This document shows, piece after piece, positions 9,959 to 20,222 of a stretch of 64,000 nucleotides of DNA. The DNA comes from an uncultured Acidimicrobiaceae bacterium. GTDB lineage: Bacteria > Actinomycetota > Acidimicrobiia > Acidimicrobiales > RAAP-2. The position numbers and the translations under genes were made by a program. Where the stretch lies: the NCBI GenBank assembly GCA_963849155.1, contig CAWKGL010000003.1, positions 32,123 to 96,122 of the forward strand, written 5' to 3'. The notes below the pieces were generated by a model. The model was not told the origin of the DNA. It did no database searches and was given only the letters and a program-made list of their open reading frames with translations. How positions within the stretch are numbered: the stretch's first letter is position 1; every line of letters starts with the position of its first letter.

Positions 9959-12517
9959 CTAGAGGTCCGCGGCGGCGGCGAGCACGCGATCGATGCCCGA
10001 CGCGTCGCGCCCACCCGCGAGCGCGAGCCGCGGCGAACCGCCCCCGCCCCCGCCCACCAGCGCGGCGAGTGTTTTGACGGTGCTCTGGGCGTCGAGTGAC
10101 TCGTCACTCGCCACCGCGATCGACACCTTGTCGTCCGCCGCGCCCACCAGCACCACGGCGCGCCGACCGCGACGCTGCACGTCGGCGGCGAGCGTGCGCA
10201 GCTGCTCGCCCGGGTAGCCGTCGACGCGCGCCACGAGCACGGGGCGGTCCGAGGAGGCGAGGAGTTGTTCGGCGACGATCGAGAGTTGACTCTGTCGCAG
10301 GGCGGCGACCTCCTTCTCGACGTCGCGCTGACGCTCGAAGAGTCGTTCCAGCGCGGGCACGACGTCGTCACTGGACACCTTGAGCAGCGCCGCGACCGCA
10401 CCGAGGGCGCGTTCGAGTTCGAGCGTGTGACGGTGCGCGCCCAGACCGCTCACCGCTTCGAGCCGGCGCGTGTTCGAGCCGATCGAGGCCTCGCTCAGCA
10501 CCTGGACCTGGCCAATGTCGCCCAGGCGGTCCACGTGCGTGCCGCCACAGAACTCCAGACTGTGCGGACCCGCGCGCACCACGCGCACCCGGTCGCCGTA
10601 CTTGTCGCCGAAGAACGCGATCGCGCCCATCTTCTCGGCCTCCTGCTTGGAGGTCTGGACGGTCTCGACCCCGTCGTTCTCCACGACGTCAGAGTTCACG
10701 AGGGTGAGCAATTCGCCGAGTTCTTCGTCTCGCAGTGGCGCCCCGTGGCTGAAGTCGAAGCGCAAGCGGTCCGGACCCACGTAACTGCCCTGTTGGCGCA
10801 CGTGCTCACCCAGTACCGCGCGAAGTCCCGCGTGCAACAGGTGCGTCGCGGTGTGGTTGCGCCGCGTCGCTTCGCGTCGCGTCGGGTCGATGGTCGCCAG
10901 GGCGACCTGGCCCGGCAGCACTTCGCCGCTCGCGCGCCCGCGGTGCGCGACGAGTCCGCCCGCGACGCTCTGGGTGTCGGTCACCACGAAGCGGCCCGTC
11001 TCGGTGACGATGGTGCCGACGTCGCCGACCTGACCACCGGATTCGGCGTAGAAGGGCGTCGAGTCCAAGAACAACTCGCTGGTGCCGTCCTCGCCCACCA
11101 ACAGCGCGAGCACCGTGGTCTCGACGCTGTAGCGCGCGACGTCGCGCCCGACGAACTCGGTGGTGCCGTAGCGTTCGACGAGGTCGCGGTACTGCGCCTC
11201 GTCGGCGACGTTGAGGGTCTTGGCGGCCGCGCGCGCGCGGCGGCGCTGCTCGGCCATCGCCGCGTCGAAGTCCGCGCGCGCGACCGTGAGACCCGACTCG
11301 GCCACGATCTCGTCGGTCAACTCGACGGGAAAGCCGTGCGTGTCGTGCAACTTAAAGGCGACGTCGCCCGGGAAGACCGTCGAACCCGACGCCACGACCT
11401 GGTCGCGCGCCTCGTCGAGCAACGACAGGCCCGTGCGCAGCGTGCGCGCGAAACCCGCCTCCTCGCGTTCGAGCACCTCGATGATGAGCTCGCGGTCCTT
11501 GACGAGCACCGGGTAGGCCGCGCCCATCTTCTCGATGGTGGCGTCGACGAGCGCCGCGCACAACTTCGCCTCCGAGCCGCTGCGACGTGCGGCGAGGATG
11601 GCGCGACGGATGATTCGACGCAGCACGTACCCGCGACCCTCGTTCGAGGGCAACACGCCGTCTGAGACGAGGAACGTCATCGCGCGCCCGTGGTCGGCGA
11701 TGCGCCGTATGGCGACGTCGGTCTCCTCGCGGGCCCCGTAGGGAACGTTGATCGACCGCGACGCCGTCTCGAGCAACGGGTGGAACAGGTCGGTTGCGAA
11801 CACCGACTCCACGCCGTTCAGGATCGCCAGCACCCGGTCGAAGCCGGCGCCGGTGTCGATGTTCTGCTTGGGCAGTTCGGTCAGCGAACCGCCGTGGCCT
11901 TTTTCGTACTGCATGAACACGAGGTTCCAGAACTCGACGAAGCGGTCCTCGCCGCCCAGGGCCGGCCCCCCGTCCTCGCCGAACTCGGGTCCCTTGTCAA
12001 AGAAGATCTCCGAACACGGACCGCACGGCCCGGTCTCGCCCATGTCCCAGAAGTTGTCCTCGTCGAGTCGCTGGATGCGACCCGGCGCGACGCCGATCAC
12101 GTCGCGCCAGAGCGCCTCGGCGTCGTCGTCGCTCGTGTGCACCGTCACCCACAGCCGCTCGGGGTCGAGGCCGAATCCCTCGGTGATCAGCCCCCAGGCG
12201 AACTCGATCGCGCCCTGCTTGAAGTAGTCACCGAACGAGAAGTTGCCCATCATCTCGAAGAAGGTCAGGTGACGCTGGGTGGTGCCGATCTGGTCGATGT
12301 CCGCGGCGCGAAAGCACTTCTGGATCGAGACCGCGCGGTTGAACGCCGGCACCTCCTCGCCCAGGAAATAAGGCTTGAAGGGCACCATGCCCGCGACCGT
12401 GAAGAGCAGCGACGGGTCGTGGGGGATCAGGCTCGCCGAGGGCACGACCGTGTGGCCGTTGCGCGCGAAGTAATCCGTGAAAATTGAGCGAAGTTGGGCG
12501 GCTTCCACGGCCTTCAC
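9959..12517 (-). CDS. alaS: Alanine--tRNA ligase
   Basis: DPSLLFTVAGMVPFK, HLTFFEMMGNFSFGDYFK, GPCGPCSEI, NHTATHLLH, EFCGGTHV and GGGGG. GTG 12517 overlaps the rarA stop; GTG 12508 is an alternative start. Confidence 0.97.
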   Translation of the reverse strand: MKAVEAAQLRSIFTDYFARNGHTVVPSASLIPHDPSLLFTVAGMVPFKPYFLGEEVPAFNRAVSIQKCFRAADIDQIGTTQRHLTFFEMMGNFSFGDYFKQGAIEFAWGLITEGFGLDPERLWVTVHTSDDDAEALWRDVIGVAPGRIQRLDEDNFWDMGETGPCGPCSEIFFDKGPEFGEDGGPALGGEDRFVEFWNLVFMQYEKGHGGSLTELPKQNIDTGAGFDRVLAILNGVESVFATDLFHPLLETASRSINVPYGAREETDVAIRRIADHGRAMTFLVSDGVLPSNEGRGYVLRRIIRRAILAARRSGSEAKLCAALVDATIEKMGAAYPVLVKDRELIIEVLEREEAGFARTLRTGLSLLDEARDQVVASGSTVFPGDVAFKLHDTHGFPVELTDEIVAESGLTVARADFDAAMAEQRRRARAAAKTLNVADEAQYRDLVERYGTTEFVGRDVARYSVETTVLALLVGEDGTSELFLDSTPFYAESGGQVGDVGTIVTETGRFVVTDTQSVAGGLVAHRGRASGEVLPGQVALATIDPTRREATRRNHTATHLLHAGLRAVLGEHVRQQGSYVGPDRLRFDFSHGAPLRDEELGELLTLVNSDVVENDGVETVQTSKQEAEKMGAIAFFGDKYGDRVRVVRAGPHSLEFCGGTHVDRLGDIGQVQVLSEASIGSNTRRLEAVSGLGAHRHTLELERALGAVAALLKVSSDDVVPALERLFERQRDVEKEVAALRQSQLSIVAEQLLASSDRPVLVARVDGYPGEQLRTLAADVQRRGRRAVVLVGAADDKVSIAVASDESLDAQSTVKTLAALVGGGGGGSPRLALAGGRDASGIDRVLAAAADL

Positions 12518-13836
12518 TCTACCGGCGGGTCTACGACGCCCGGGTCCGAGGTGCCCGTTCGATCGCGCCACTGCTCGACGAGGGCGCGTTCGCTGCCGAA
12601 GGGCGACGGGTCATAGAAGTGCGAACCGAGCAGCGCCGCGGGCAGGTAGCTCTGGTCCACCCACGCGCCGGGAAAATCGTGGGGGTAGAGGTAGTCACGG
12701 CCGAAACCCTCGCGCGCCGCGCCGGCGTAGTGCGCGTCACGCAGGTGCTCGGGCACCTCGAGACCCCCGCGCTGCACGGCCTCGGTCGCCTGGGCGAGCG
12801 CGCGGGTCGCCGAATTCGACTTGGGACTGAGCGCCAGGAGCAACGTGGCGTGCGCGAGGTTGAGCCGCGCTTCGGGCAGACCCACGAACTCGACCGCGCG
12901 CGCGCACGCCTCGGCGACGAGCAGGGCGTTGGCGTTGGCGAGGCCCACGTCCTCACTGGCGAGGATGACCAGCCGACGCGCGAGGAACCGGGCGCTCTCG
13001 CCGCTCTCGAGCAGCGTCACGAGCCAGTAGAGCGCCGCGTCGGGATCCGAGCCGCGAACGGACTTGATCAACGCGCTCACCTGGTCGTAGTGCGAGTCGG
13101 CGGACTGGTGGTAGATCCGCCCGTCGCGCGCCTGGGACACGTGCTCGAGGTCGACGAGCACCGGTCCAGTCGCGTTCGCGCGCGCGAGGATGATCGCGGT
13201 GTCGAGCGTCGTGAGGGCCGAACGGGCGTCCCCGTCGGCCGAGCCGGTCAGCGCGGCTCGCGCCTCGTCGCTCACCTCGACCCCGCGCAGTCGTGCGCCG
13301 CGCTCGACCAAGACCGCGAGGTCCGCCTCGCCGAGCGCGCGCACACGCCACAGTGTGCACCGGCTCATCAGGGCGGCGTTCACCTCGAAGTACGGGTTCT
13401 CGGTGGTGGCCCCGATGAGCACGATCTCGCCGGTCTCGGTCGCGGGCAACAGGAGGTCCTGCTGGGCCTTGTTGAAACGGTGCACCTCGTCGATGAACAA
13501 GACGCTGCGCTGGCCGCGTTCGCCCAGGCGCTCGCGGGCGCGGGAGATGGCGTCGCGCACGTCCTTCACCCCGCCGCTCACGGCCGACAGGCTCTCCTGG
13601 GCGTAGCCCGCCGAACTCGCCACGATGCGCGCGAGCGTGGTCTTGCCCGTGCCGGCGGGTCCCCAGAGGATCATCGAGGTGAGCGCCTGGGCCTCGACGA
13701 AGCGTCGCAGCGGGCCGTGCTCGCCCACCAGGTGATCCTGGCCCACCACTTCGTCGAGCGTGCGCGGGCGCAGCGCCTCGGCGAGGGGCGCCGCGTCGGC
13801 GAGGCGTCGGGCGAGGGCGTCGTCGAAGAGCGACGT
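12514..13836 (-). CDS. rarA: Replication-associated recombination protein A (RarA/MgsA, AAA+)
   Basis: RPRTLDEVVGQDHL, WGPAGTGKTT, FIDEVHRFNKAQQD, IGATTENP, SEDVG and YLYPHD. The first canonical start (13749) cuts conserved residues, so the proposed start is ACG at 13836 (see findings). Confidence 0.9.
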   Translation of the reverse strand, partial: TSLFDDALARRLADAAPLAEALRPRTLDEVVGQDHLVGEHGPLRRFVEAQALTSMILWGPAGTGKTTLARIVASSAGYAQESLSAVSGGVKDVRDAISRARERLGERGQRSVLFIDEVHRFNKAQQDLLLPATETGEIVLIGATTENPYFEVNAALMSRCTLWRVRALGEADLAVLVERGARLRGVEVSDEARAALTGSADGDARSALTTLDTAIILARANATGPVLVDLEHVSQARDGRIYHQSADSHYDQVSALIKSVRGSDPDAALYWLVTLLESGESARFLARRLVILASEDVGLANANALLVAEACARAVEFVGLPEARLNLAHATLLLALSPKSNSATRALAQATEAVQRGGLEVPEHLRDAHYAGAAREGFGRDYLYPHDFPGAWVDQSYLPAALLGSHFYDPSPFGSERALVEQWRDRTGTSDPGVVDPPVE

Positions 13837-13838
13837 GG

Positions 13839-15596
13839 CTAGGCCTTCGCGCGCGGCGCCAAGTGCAGGTCGCGCAACTGACGAGCGCTGATGGGCTTGG
13901 GCGCGCCGGTCATCAGGTCCGCGCCCGACTGGGTCTTGGGATAGGCAATGACCTCACGGATGTTCTCCTCGCCCGCGAAGATCGCCACCAACCGGTCGAT
14001 ACCGAAGGCGAAGCCCGCGTGCGGTGGCGCGCCGAATTTGAAGGCGCCGAGCAGGAAACCGAAACGGCTCTCGGCCTCCTCCTCGGTGATGCCGAGTGCT
14101 CGAAAGATACGCGACTGGATGTCGGCGCGGTGGATGCGCACCGACCCGCTGCCCAACTCCCAACCGTTGAGCACTAGGTCGTAGGCCTGGGACCGGACCT
14201 TCAAGGGTTCGGTCTCGATCAGGTCCAGATCGTCGGGGTGGGGCATCGTGAAGGGATGATGGGCCGCCATCAGGTGGCCGTCCTCGTCGATGCCCTCGAA
14301 CAGGGGGAACTCGGTGACCCAGACGTAGTGGTGCGGACCCTCGCCCACCGGCGGCGATCCGAGTGTCACGCGCAGCGCCCCGAGCACCCGGCACGCGGCG
14401 ACGTACTCGTCGGCGACGGCCAAGATGAGGTCGCCGACCTCGGCCTGGTCGACCCCGCGTACCGCGGCCATCTCGTCGTCGTTCAGAAAACGCGCGAGTG
14501 GCGAGTCCAGTCCCTCGGCGGTGACCTTGAACCACGCCAGTCCCTGCGCGCCGAGTCCCTTCGCCTGTTCGGTCAACTGGTCGAGACGACTGCGCGTGTA
14601 GCTCGCGCCACCGGGCACGCGCATGGCCTTGACGGTCGGGGCGGCGAACGCCTTCACCTCGGTGGTGGCGAACGCGTCCGACAGGTCCTCGAGGGTCATG
14701 GCAAAGCGCAGGTCGGGCTTGTCGGTGCCGTAGCGGTCGAGCGCCTCGGCCCAGGTCATCGAGGGCACGGACCCGGGCCGCACGCCCGTCGCGGCCTCGG
14801 CGGCGTCGAGCACGGCGTGACTGACGAACCCGAGCACGTCGTCTTGGGTGACGAAACTCGCCTCGAGGTCGAGCTGGGTGAACTCGAACTGGCGATCGGC
14901 GCGCAGGTCCTCGTCGCGCAGACAGCGCGCGATCTGGTAGTAGCGGTCAAAACCCCCCACCATCAGGAGTTGCTTGGCGATCTGGGGGCTCTGGGGCAGG
15001 ACGTAGAACTCCCCGGGGTGCAGGCGCGACGGCACCACGAACTCGCGCGCGCCCTCGGGCGTCGGCGCCCAGAGCAGCGGCGTCTCCACTTCGCAGAAGC
15101 CCTGCTCGTCCATGGCCCGGCGAAGCGTCGCGTTGACCTTGGCGCGAAGACGCAGGTTCGCCTGCATGGCGTCACGGCGCAGGTCCAGGTACCGGTAGCG
15201 CAGCCGCACCTGCTCGTCGATCTCGACGCGGTCGTCGAGTTGGAAGGGCGCAGGCTCGGCGATCGCGAGCACCTCGACTCGACAGTCGCTGAGCTCGACC
15301 TCGCCGGTCGCGAGGCGGTCGTTCACGGTGCCCTCGGGGCGCGGGCTCACCGTGCCGGTCACGCGCACGACGAACTCGGGTCGCACGTCGACCGATCCCT
15401 CGACGACCGCCTGGACGACGCCGGAACGGTCGCGCAGGTCGAGGAACGCGAGGTGCTCACCGTGCTCGCGACGCTTGGCGACCCACCCGCAGACGCTCAC
15501 GCGACGTCCCACCATCGAGGCGTTCACCGAGGCGCACAGGTAGTCGCGCAGGCTCGTAGCTTCAAAGTTCGTGGGCATGGTCACATCGCTTGTCAT
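13839..15596 (-). CDS. aspS: Aspartate--tRNA ligase, probably non-discriminating (Asp/Asn)
   Basis: RLRYRYLDLRR, LPQSPQIAKQLLM, FRDED-like LRDEDLRADRQFEFTQLD, GAPPHAGFAFGIDR. The ATG overlaps the hisS stop. Confidence 0.96.
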   Translation of the reverse strand: MTSDVTMPTNFEATSLRDYLCASVNASMVGRRVSVCGWVAKRREHGEHLAFLDLRDRSGVVQAVVEGSVDVRPEFVVRVTGTVSPRPEGTVNDRLATGEVELSDCRVEVLAIAEPAPFQLDDRVEIDEQVRLRYRYLDLRRDAMQANLRLRAKVNATLRRAMDEQGFCEVETPLLWAPTPEGAREFVVPSRLHPGEFYVLPQSPQIAKQLLMVGGFDRYYQIARCLRDEDLRADRQFEFTQLDLEASFVTQDDVLGFVSHAVLDAAEAATGVRPGSVPSMTWAEALDRYGTDKPDLRFAMTLEDLSDAFATTEVKAFAAPTVKAMRVPGGASYTRSRLDQLTEQAKGLGAQGLAWFKVTAEGLDSPLARFLNDDEMAAVRGVDQAEVGDLILAVADEYVAACRVLGALRVTLGSPPVGEGPHHYVWVTEFPLFEGIDEDGHLMAAHHPFTMPHPDDLDLIETEPLKVRSQAYDLVLNGWELGSGSVRIHRADIQSRIFRALGITEEEAESRFGFLLGAFKFGAPPHAGFAFGIDRLVAIFAGEENIREVIAYPKTQSGADLMTGAPKPISARQLRDLHLAPRAKA

Positions 15597-16876
15597 AGTT
15601 CGGCTTGTCGTAGTTCGAGGATGGTCGCCACGACGTCCTGATCGGCGACGCGGCGCTGGTCCTGCTCGTGGTCGGCGCTGCGCAGGTCCCTAATGGTAAC
15701 CTCGCGCGCGGCGAGTTCGTGGGGGCCGACCAGCAGCGCCCAACGCGCGCCCGAGCGGTCGGCGACCTTCATCTGCGCCTTCATCGACCGCTGGTCGTAG
15801 GCGCGGTCACTGGCGACGCCCGCGCGGCGAAGACGGTCGAGCAGGACGCCCGCGGCGTCCTCACCGGTCGTGTCCACGACGAAGACCTCCAGGGCGCGCG
15901 CGACGCCGACGGGGACGCCTTCGGCCGCCATGGTGAGCAAGAGGCGCTCGACGCCGCTGCCAAAGCCAATGCCGCTCGTTGGTTTTCCCCCGAGTTGCTC
16001 GACCAGGCCGTCGTAGCGCCCTCCCCCGCCGATCGCGTTCTGGGCCCCGTCGAGCGCGTCGGCCACGAACTCAAAGGTCGTGCGGGTGTAGTAGTCGAAA
16101 CCTCGCACGAGCCGCGGACTGACCTCGCTCGCAACGCCGAGTCGCGCGAGTCCCGCGAGCACCGCGTCGAAGTGCGCGCGACAGTCCTCGCACAGGTGGT
16201 CGATCAACATCGGACCGCGCGAGGTCACCTCGACGCACGCGGGGTCCTTGCAGTCGAGTACGCGTAAGGGATTCTCGCGCCAGGTCGCGCGGTGGTCGTC
16301 ACAGAGCTGGTCGGCGTGGCTCTCGAGGTGCGCGCGCAGCAACGCCACGTAGGCCCCCCGGCACTGTGCGTGGCCCATGGAGTTGATCAGCAGCCGGAAG
16401 CGCGAGAGCCCGAGCGCCTCGAAGAACCGTTGCGCCAGCGTGATCACCTCGACGTCGAGTGCGGGGTCGTCGGTGCCGAGCACCTCGACGCCCACCTGGT
16501 GGTGCTGGCGATAGCGTCCCGCCTGGGGACGCTCGTAGCGAAAGGCCGGCGTGAAGTACCAGGCCTTGAACGGCGTCGTCGGCTGGTGCTGGATGAAGGC
16601 GCGCACGACCGGCGCGGTGCCCTCGGGGCGCAGGGCGTAGGTCCGTTCGCCACGATCGGTGAAGACGTACATTTCCTTTCGAGCGACGTCGCTCGCCTCG
16701 CCAATGCCGCGGTTGAACACGCCGACGTCCTCGAACACCGGGGTGATCACGAGTGAGAACCCGTAGCGGTGCGCCCAGTCGGCGAAGGTCGCGACGAGCC
16801 CCTCCCACCGGGCCGAGTCGGGCGCGAGCACGTCGTGGGTGCCCACGGGCGCCTGGAACTGCGTTGGTTCGCTCAT
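15593..16876 (-). CDS. hisS: Histidine--tRNA ligase
   Basis: ALRPEGTAPVVRA, FRYERPQAGRYRQHHQ, LVRGFDYY, GGGGRYDGL and GFGSGVERL. Confidence 0.97.
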   Translation of the reverse strand: MSEPTQFQAPVGTHDVLAPDSARWEGLVATFADWAHRYGFSLVITPVFEDVGVFNRGIGEASDVARKEMYVFTDRGERTYALRPEGTAPVVRAFIQHQPTTPFKAWYFTPAFRYERPQAGRYRQHHQVGVEVLGTDDPALDVEVITLAQRFFEALGLSRFRLLINSMGHAQCRGAYVALLRAHLESHADQLCDDHRATWRENPLRVLDCKDPACVEVTSRGPMLIDHLCEDCRAHFDAVLAGLARLGVASEVSPRLVRGFDYYTRTTFEFVADALDGAQNAIGGGGRYDGLVEQLGGKPTSGIGFGSGVERLLLTMAAEGVPVGVARALEVFVVDTTGEDAAGVLLDRLRRAGVASDRAYDQRSMKAQMKVADRSGARWALLVGPHELAAREVTIRDLRSADHEQDQRRVADQDVVATILELRQAEL

Positions 16877-19083
16877 GAAGTCTTGTTCTGTCCCGGTAGT
16901 TGGCGAAAGGCGTCAAAGACGCCGTCCACGCCCTTCAGCGCCGCCAAGAGACTACTGAGGTGGGCGGGATCGGCCAGTTCGACGTCAAAGACCATCCGCA
17001 CGATGCGCGAACCCGAGGTCGTGGTGGAACTCGAGATGATGTTGAGGTGATACTCGGCGACGACCTTGGACACGTCGAGCAGCAGTCGCGACCGGTCAAA
17101 GGCCATGACCTCGAGGACCGCGCGGTACTGGCCGCCCGTCGAGCCGTCCCATTCCACGTCGATGATGCGCTCGCCAAGACGGTGCGCGAGCGCGACCGCG
17201 TTCGAGCAGTCGTCGCGGTGGATCGAGACACCCCGACCCTGGGTGATGAAACCCATGATGGGATCGCCCGGCACGGGTGAACAACACCGCGCCAGGTGGA
17301 TCATGACGTCGTCCAGGCCCTCGACGTAGACGCCCGCGGATCGACGCGCCGTTCGATTCGCGCGCGGTGCGCGCGTGACCGTCGTGGGTAACTGCTCGGC
17401 GTCGCCGCCGTGCAGCTCGCGGCGAAGACGCTGGACGACCGCGAGCGCGGAGATCTGATTCGAGTCGATCGCCATGAACAACGCGTCGAGGTCCTCGAGG
17501 TTCATCGAGTTGATGACCGCGTCCAGGGCACTCGAGGACAGCGACGTCGCGATCGGCAGTCCCTCGCGGCGCAGTGCCTTGGTCAGTTCCTCGCGACCGC
17601 CCTCGATGGCGTCCTCGCGACGTTCGCGCTGGAACCACTGGCGGATCTTGGACTTGGCCCGTGACGAGGCGACGATGTTGAGCCAGTCCCTCGAGGGTCC
17701 CGACGAGTCGTTCTTGGACGTGACGATCTCGACGACGTCGGCCGAGTGCAGGACCGTCTCGAGGGGCACGAGGCGTCCGTTGACCTTCGCGCCCACGCAG
17801 TGGTGCCCCACCTCGGTGTGCACCGCGTAGGCGAAGTCGATCGTCGTGGCGCCCTCGACCAGGGCGATCACCCTGCCCTTGGGGGTGAAGACGTAGACCT
17901 CGTCGCCCCCGAGGTCGAGCTTGAGCGCCTCGAGGAAGGCGATCGGGTCGGCCTCCTCCTCTTCGACGTCGGCGAGTCGTTGCATCCAGGCGATCTCTCG
18001 ACTCGAGGCGCCCTCCTTGTAACTCCAGTGCGCGGCGACGCCGAACTCCGCGCGCCGGTGCATCTCGTTGGTGCGCACCTGGACCTCGACGGACTTGCCG
18101 CGAGGACCGATGACCGTGGTGTGCAGTGACTGGTAGAGGTTGAACTTGGGCGAATTGATGTAGTCCTTGAAGCGTCCCTGTACCGGGGACCAAAGGGCGT
18201 GGATCGCCCCGAGCACGGCCCAGCAGTCGCGGTCCTCTTCGACGATGACCCGGATGCCCACCAGATCGAAGATCTCGTCGAACTCCTTGCCGCCCACGAC
18301 CATCTTCTCGTAGATGCTCCAGAAGTGCTTGGGTCGTCCCTTCACTTCGGCCTTGATGTCAAAGGTTGCGAGCTTGTCGAGCAGAGTCTCCATGACCTCG
18401 CCCAGGTACGCCTCGCGTTCGGGCTGACGCGCGGCGACCATCTGCTCGATCTCGGCGTAGCGCTTGGGGTGCAGCGTGGCGAAACTGAGGTCCTCGAGTT
18501 GCCACTTGACCTGCTGGACGCCCAGACGGTGCGCGAGCGGTGCGTAGACGTCGAGGGTCTCCTGGGCGATCGCGCGCTGGCGGTTCATGGGCATGACCGA
18601 GATCGTGCGCATGTTGTGCAGGCGGTCGGCGAGTTTGATCAAGAGCACACGCCAGTCCTGGGCCATGGCGATGAACATCTTGCGGATCGTCGCCGCCTGC
18701 TGGGCCTCTTTGGAGTCGAACTCCAGTCGGTCGAGCTTGGTCACGCCGTCCACGACCGCGGCGACCTGCTCGCCGAATTCACGCGCCAGCCACTCGGTCG
18801 TCACCCCGGTGTCCTCGACGGCGTCGTGCAACAACGCCGCGGCGATGGTCGGTTCGTCCATGCCCAGGTCCGCAGTGATGTCCGCGACCGCGATGGGGTG
18901 GGTAACGTAGGGCTCGCCGGTTCGGCGCAACTGGCCCTCGTGGGCGTTGATCGCCACCAGACCCGCGCGACGGATCAGCTCGACGTCGCCGGACTCGTGG
19001 TGCTCGAGAAAACGCCCGATGAGACGCTCTATCGAACCGGTCAGCGCGGGGTCGGCGCCGGAGCGGTTCGTGAGACTAACCAT
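16873..19083 (-). CDS. rel: Bifunctional (p)ppGpp synthetase/hydrolase Rel
   Basis: HD domain ALLHDAVEDT with IKLADRLHNMRT, synthetase YQSLHTTV and EVQVRT, TGS (FAYAVHTEVG), CCSP and a C-terminal ACT domain. Confidence 0.97.
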   Translation of the reverse strand: MVSLTNRSGADPALTGSIERLIGRFLEHHESGDVELIRRAGLVAINAHEGQLRRTGEPYVTHPIAVADITADLGMDEPTIAAALLHDAVEDTGVTTEWLAREFGEQVAAVVDGVTKLDRLEFDSKEAQQAATIRKMFIAMAQDWRVLLIKLADRLHNMRTISVMPMNRQRAIAQETLDVYAPLAHRLGVQQVKWQLEDLSFATLHPKRYAEIEQMVAARQPEREAYLGEVMETLLDKLATFDIKAEVKGRPKHFWSIYEKMVVGGKEFDEIFDLVGIRVIVEEDRDCWAVLGAIHALWSPVQGRFKDYINSPKFNLYQSLHTTVIGPRGKSVEVQVRTNEMHRRAEFGVAAHWSYKEGASSREIAWMQRLADVEEEEADPIAFLEALKLDLGGDEVYVFTPKGRVIALVEGATTIDFAYAVHTEVGHHCVGAKVNGRLVPLETVLHSADVVEIVTSKNDSSGPSRDWLNIVASSRAKSKIRQWFQRERREDAIEGGREELTKALRREGLPIATSLSSSALDAVINSMNLEDLDALFMAIDSNQISALAVVQRLRRELHGGDAEQLPTTVTRAPRANRTARRSAGVYVEGLDDVMIHLARCCSPVPGDPIMGFITQGRGVSIHRDDCSNAVALAHRLGERIIDVEWDGSTGGQYRAVLEVMAFDRSRLLLDVSKVVAEYHLNIISSSTTTSGSRIVRMVFDVELADPAHLSSLLAALKGVDGVFDAFRQLPGQNKTS

Positions 19084-19103
19084 ACGGTCAGCCTACCGGC
19101 GCG

Positions 19104-20222
19104 TTATCGCCTTTTTCGCTTCCGGGCGCGCGGCGCGAGGATCGTCGACGAGGTGCGCTGGGCGCGCGGCGCGCCGGCGGCGCGTTGGATGTTCTCGCCC
19201 GACAGCAACGCGGCGCTCGCGGGACTGTAGATGCGGTGGTCACTGCGCGCCGCGACGCGGATCGCGAGGTCCTTGAAGCGCGGCTCGCGCTCCTTCATCC
19301 ACGCGAGCAACGGACTCGCGATGAAGATCGACGAGTAGGCCCCGCTGAGTAGACCCACGAAGAGCGCCAGACCGTAACTCTGCAGAGTCGTCGCGCCGAG
19401 GATGTAGGCGCCCACCACGAGCACCGAGAACACCGGCAAAATAGCCACGAGTGACGTGTTGATCGAACGCGCGAGGGTCTGGTTCATCGAGAGGTTCACC
19501 ATCTCGCCGTAGGTGATGTCCCCGGATTTCAAGACCCCACCGGTGTTGTCGCGAACGCGGTCAAAGACCACGACCGTGTCGTAGAGCGAGTAACCGAGGA
19601 TCGTCAAGATCGCGATCACCGTGTCCGGGGTTATCTGCAGGCCGAAGAGCGAGTACACCCCCACCGTGACCAGAAGGTCGTGGACCATCGCGACGAACGC
19701 CGCCACGGCCATCTTGGGCTCGAAGCGCAGGCTGATGTACCCGACGACCGCGATGAAGAAGATGATCAAGGCCTCGAGGGCGCGGTCGGTGATCTGCGAG
19801 CCCCAGGTCGGACCCACGCTGCTCGTCGAGACCTGGTCGGGGTTCACGTGGGCCACCTTGGCCATGGCGTCGACCACGGCGTTGGTGACGCTCAGCTGCT
19901 TGGCGGCTGACAGGCTGTTCAAGTCGGCGGTGACCTCGTAGGTCGAGCTGCCCAGCTTCTCGACGGTGGGCACCGACAGTCCGGCGCCCTCGACCGCGTG
20001 GGTCATGGTCGTGATCGAACTGTTGGGCGCGAGGACCTCCCACGAGTCGCCGCCCTTGAAGTCGATGCCGAGGTTGAACCCGCGGATGCTGAGCGAGCCC
20101 AGTCCGAGGATGATCACCACGAGCGACATGGTGAACCAGACCTTGCGACGACCTACGAAGTCGATCGTGGTCAGACCCCGGTAGAGCCGCTGGAATCGAT
20201 TGAGGTGCTGTTCGTCGCTCAC
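19104..20222 (-). CDS. secF: Protein translocase subunit SecF
   Basis: FNLGIDFKGG, SVGPTWG, LTILGYSLYDTVVVFDRVR and QTLARSINTS. GTG 20222 overlaps the secD stop. Confidence 0.95.
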   Translation of the reverse strand: MSDEQHLNRFQRLYRGLTTIDFVGRRKVWFTMSLVVIILGLGSLSIRGFNLGIDFKGGDSWEVLAPNSSITTMTHAVEGAGLSVPTVEKLGSSTYEVTADLNSLSAAKQLSVTNAVVDAMAKVAHVNPDQVSTSSVGPTWGSQITDRALEALIIFFIAVVGYISLRFEPKMAVAAFVAMVHDLLVTVGVYSLFGLQITPDTVIAILTILGYSLYDTVVVFDRVRDNTGGVLKSGDITYGEMVNLSMNQTLARSINTSLVAILPVFSVLVVGAYILGATTLQSYGLALFVGLLSGAYSSIFIASPLLAWMKEREPRFKDLAIRVAARSDHRIYSPASAALLSGENIQRAAGAPRAQRTSSTILAPRARKRKRR

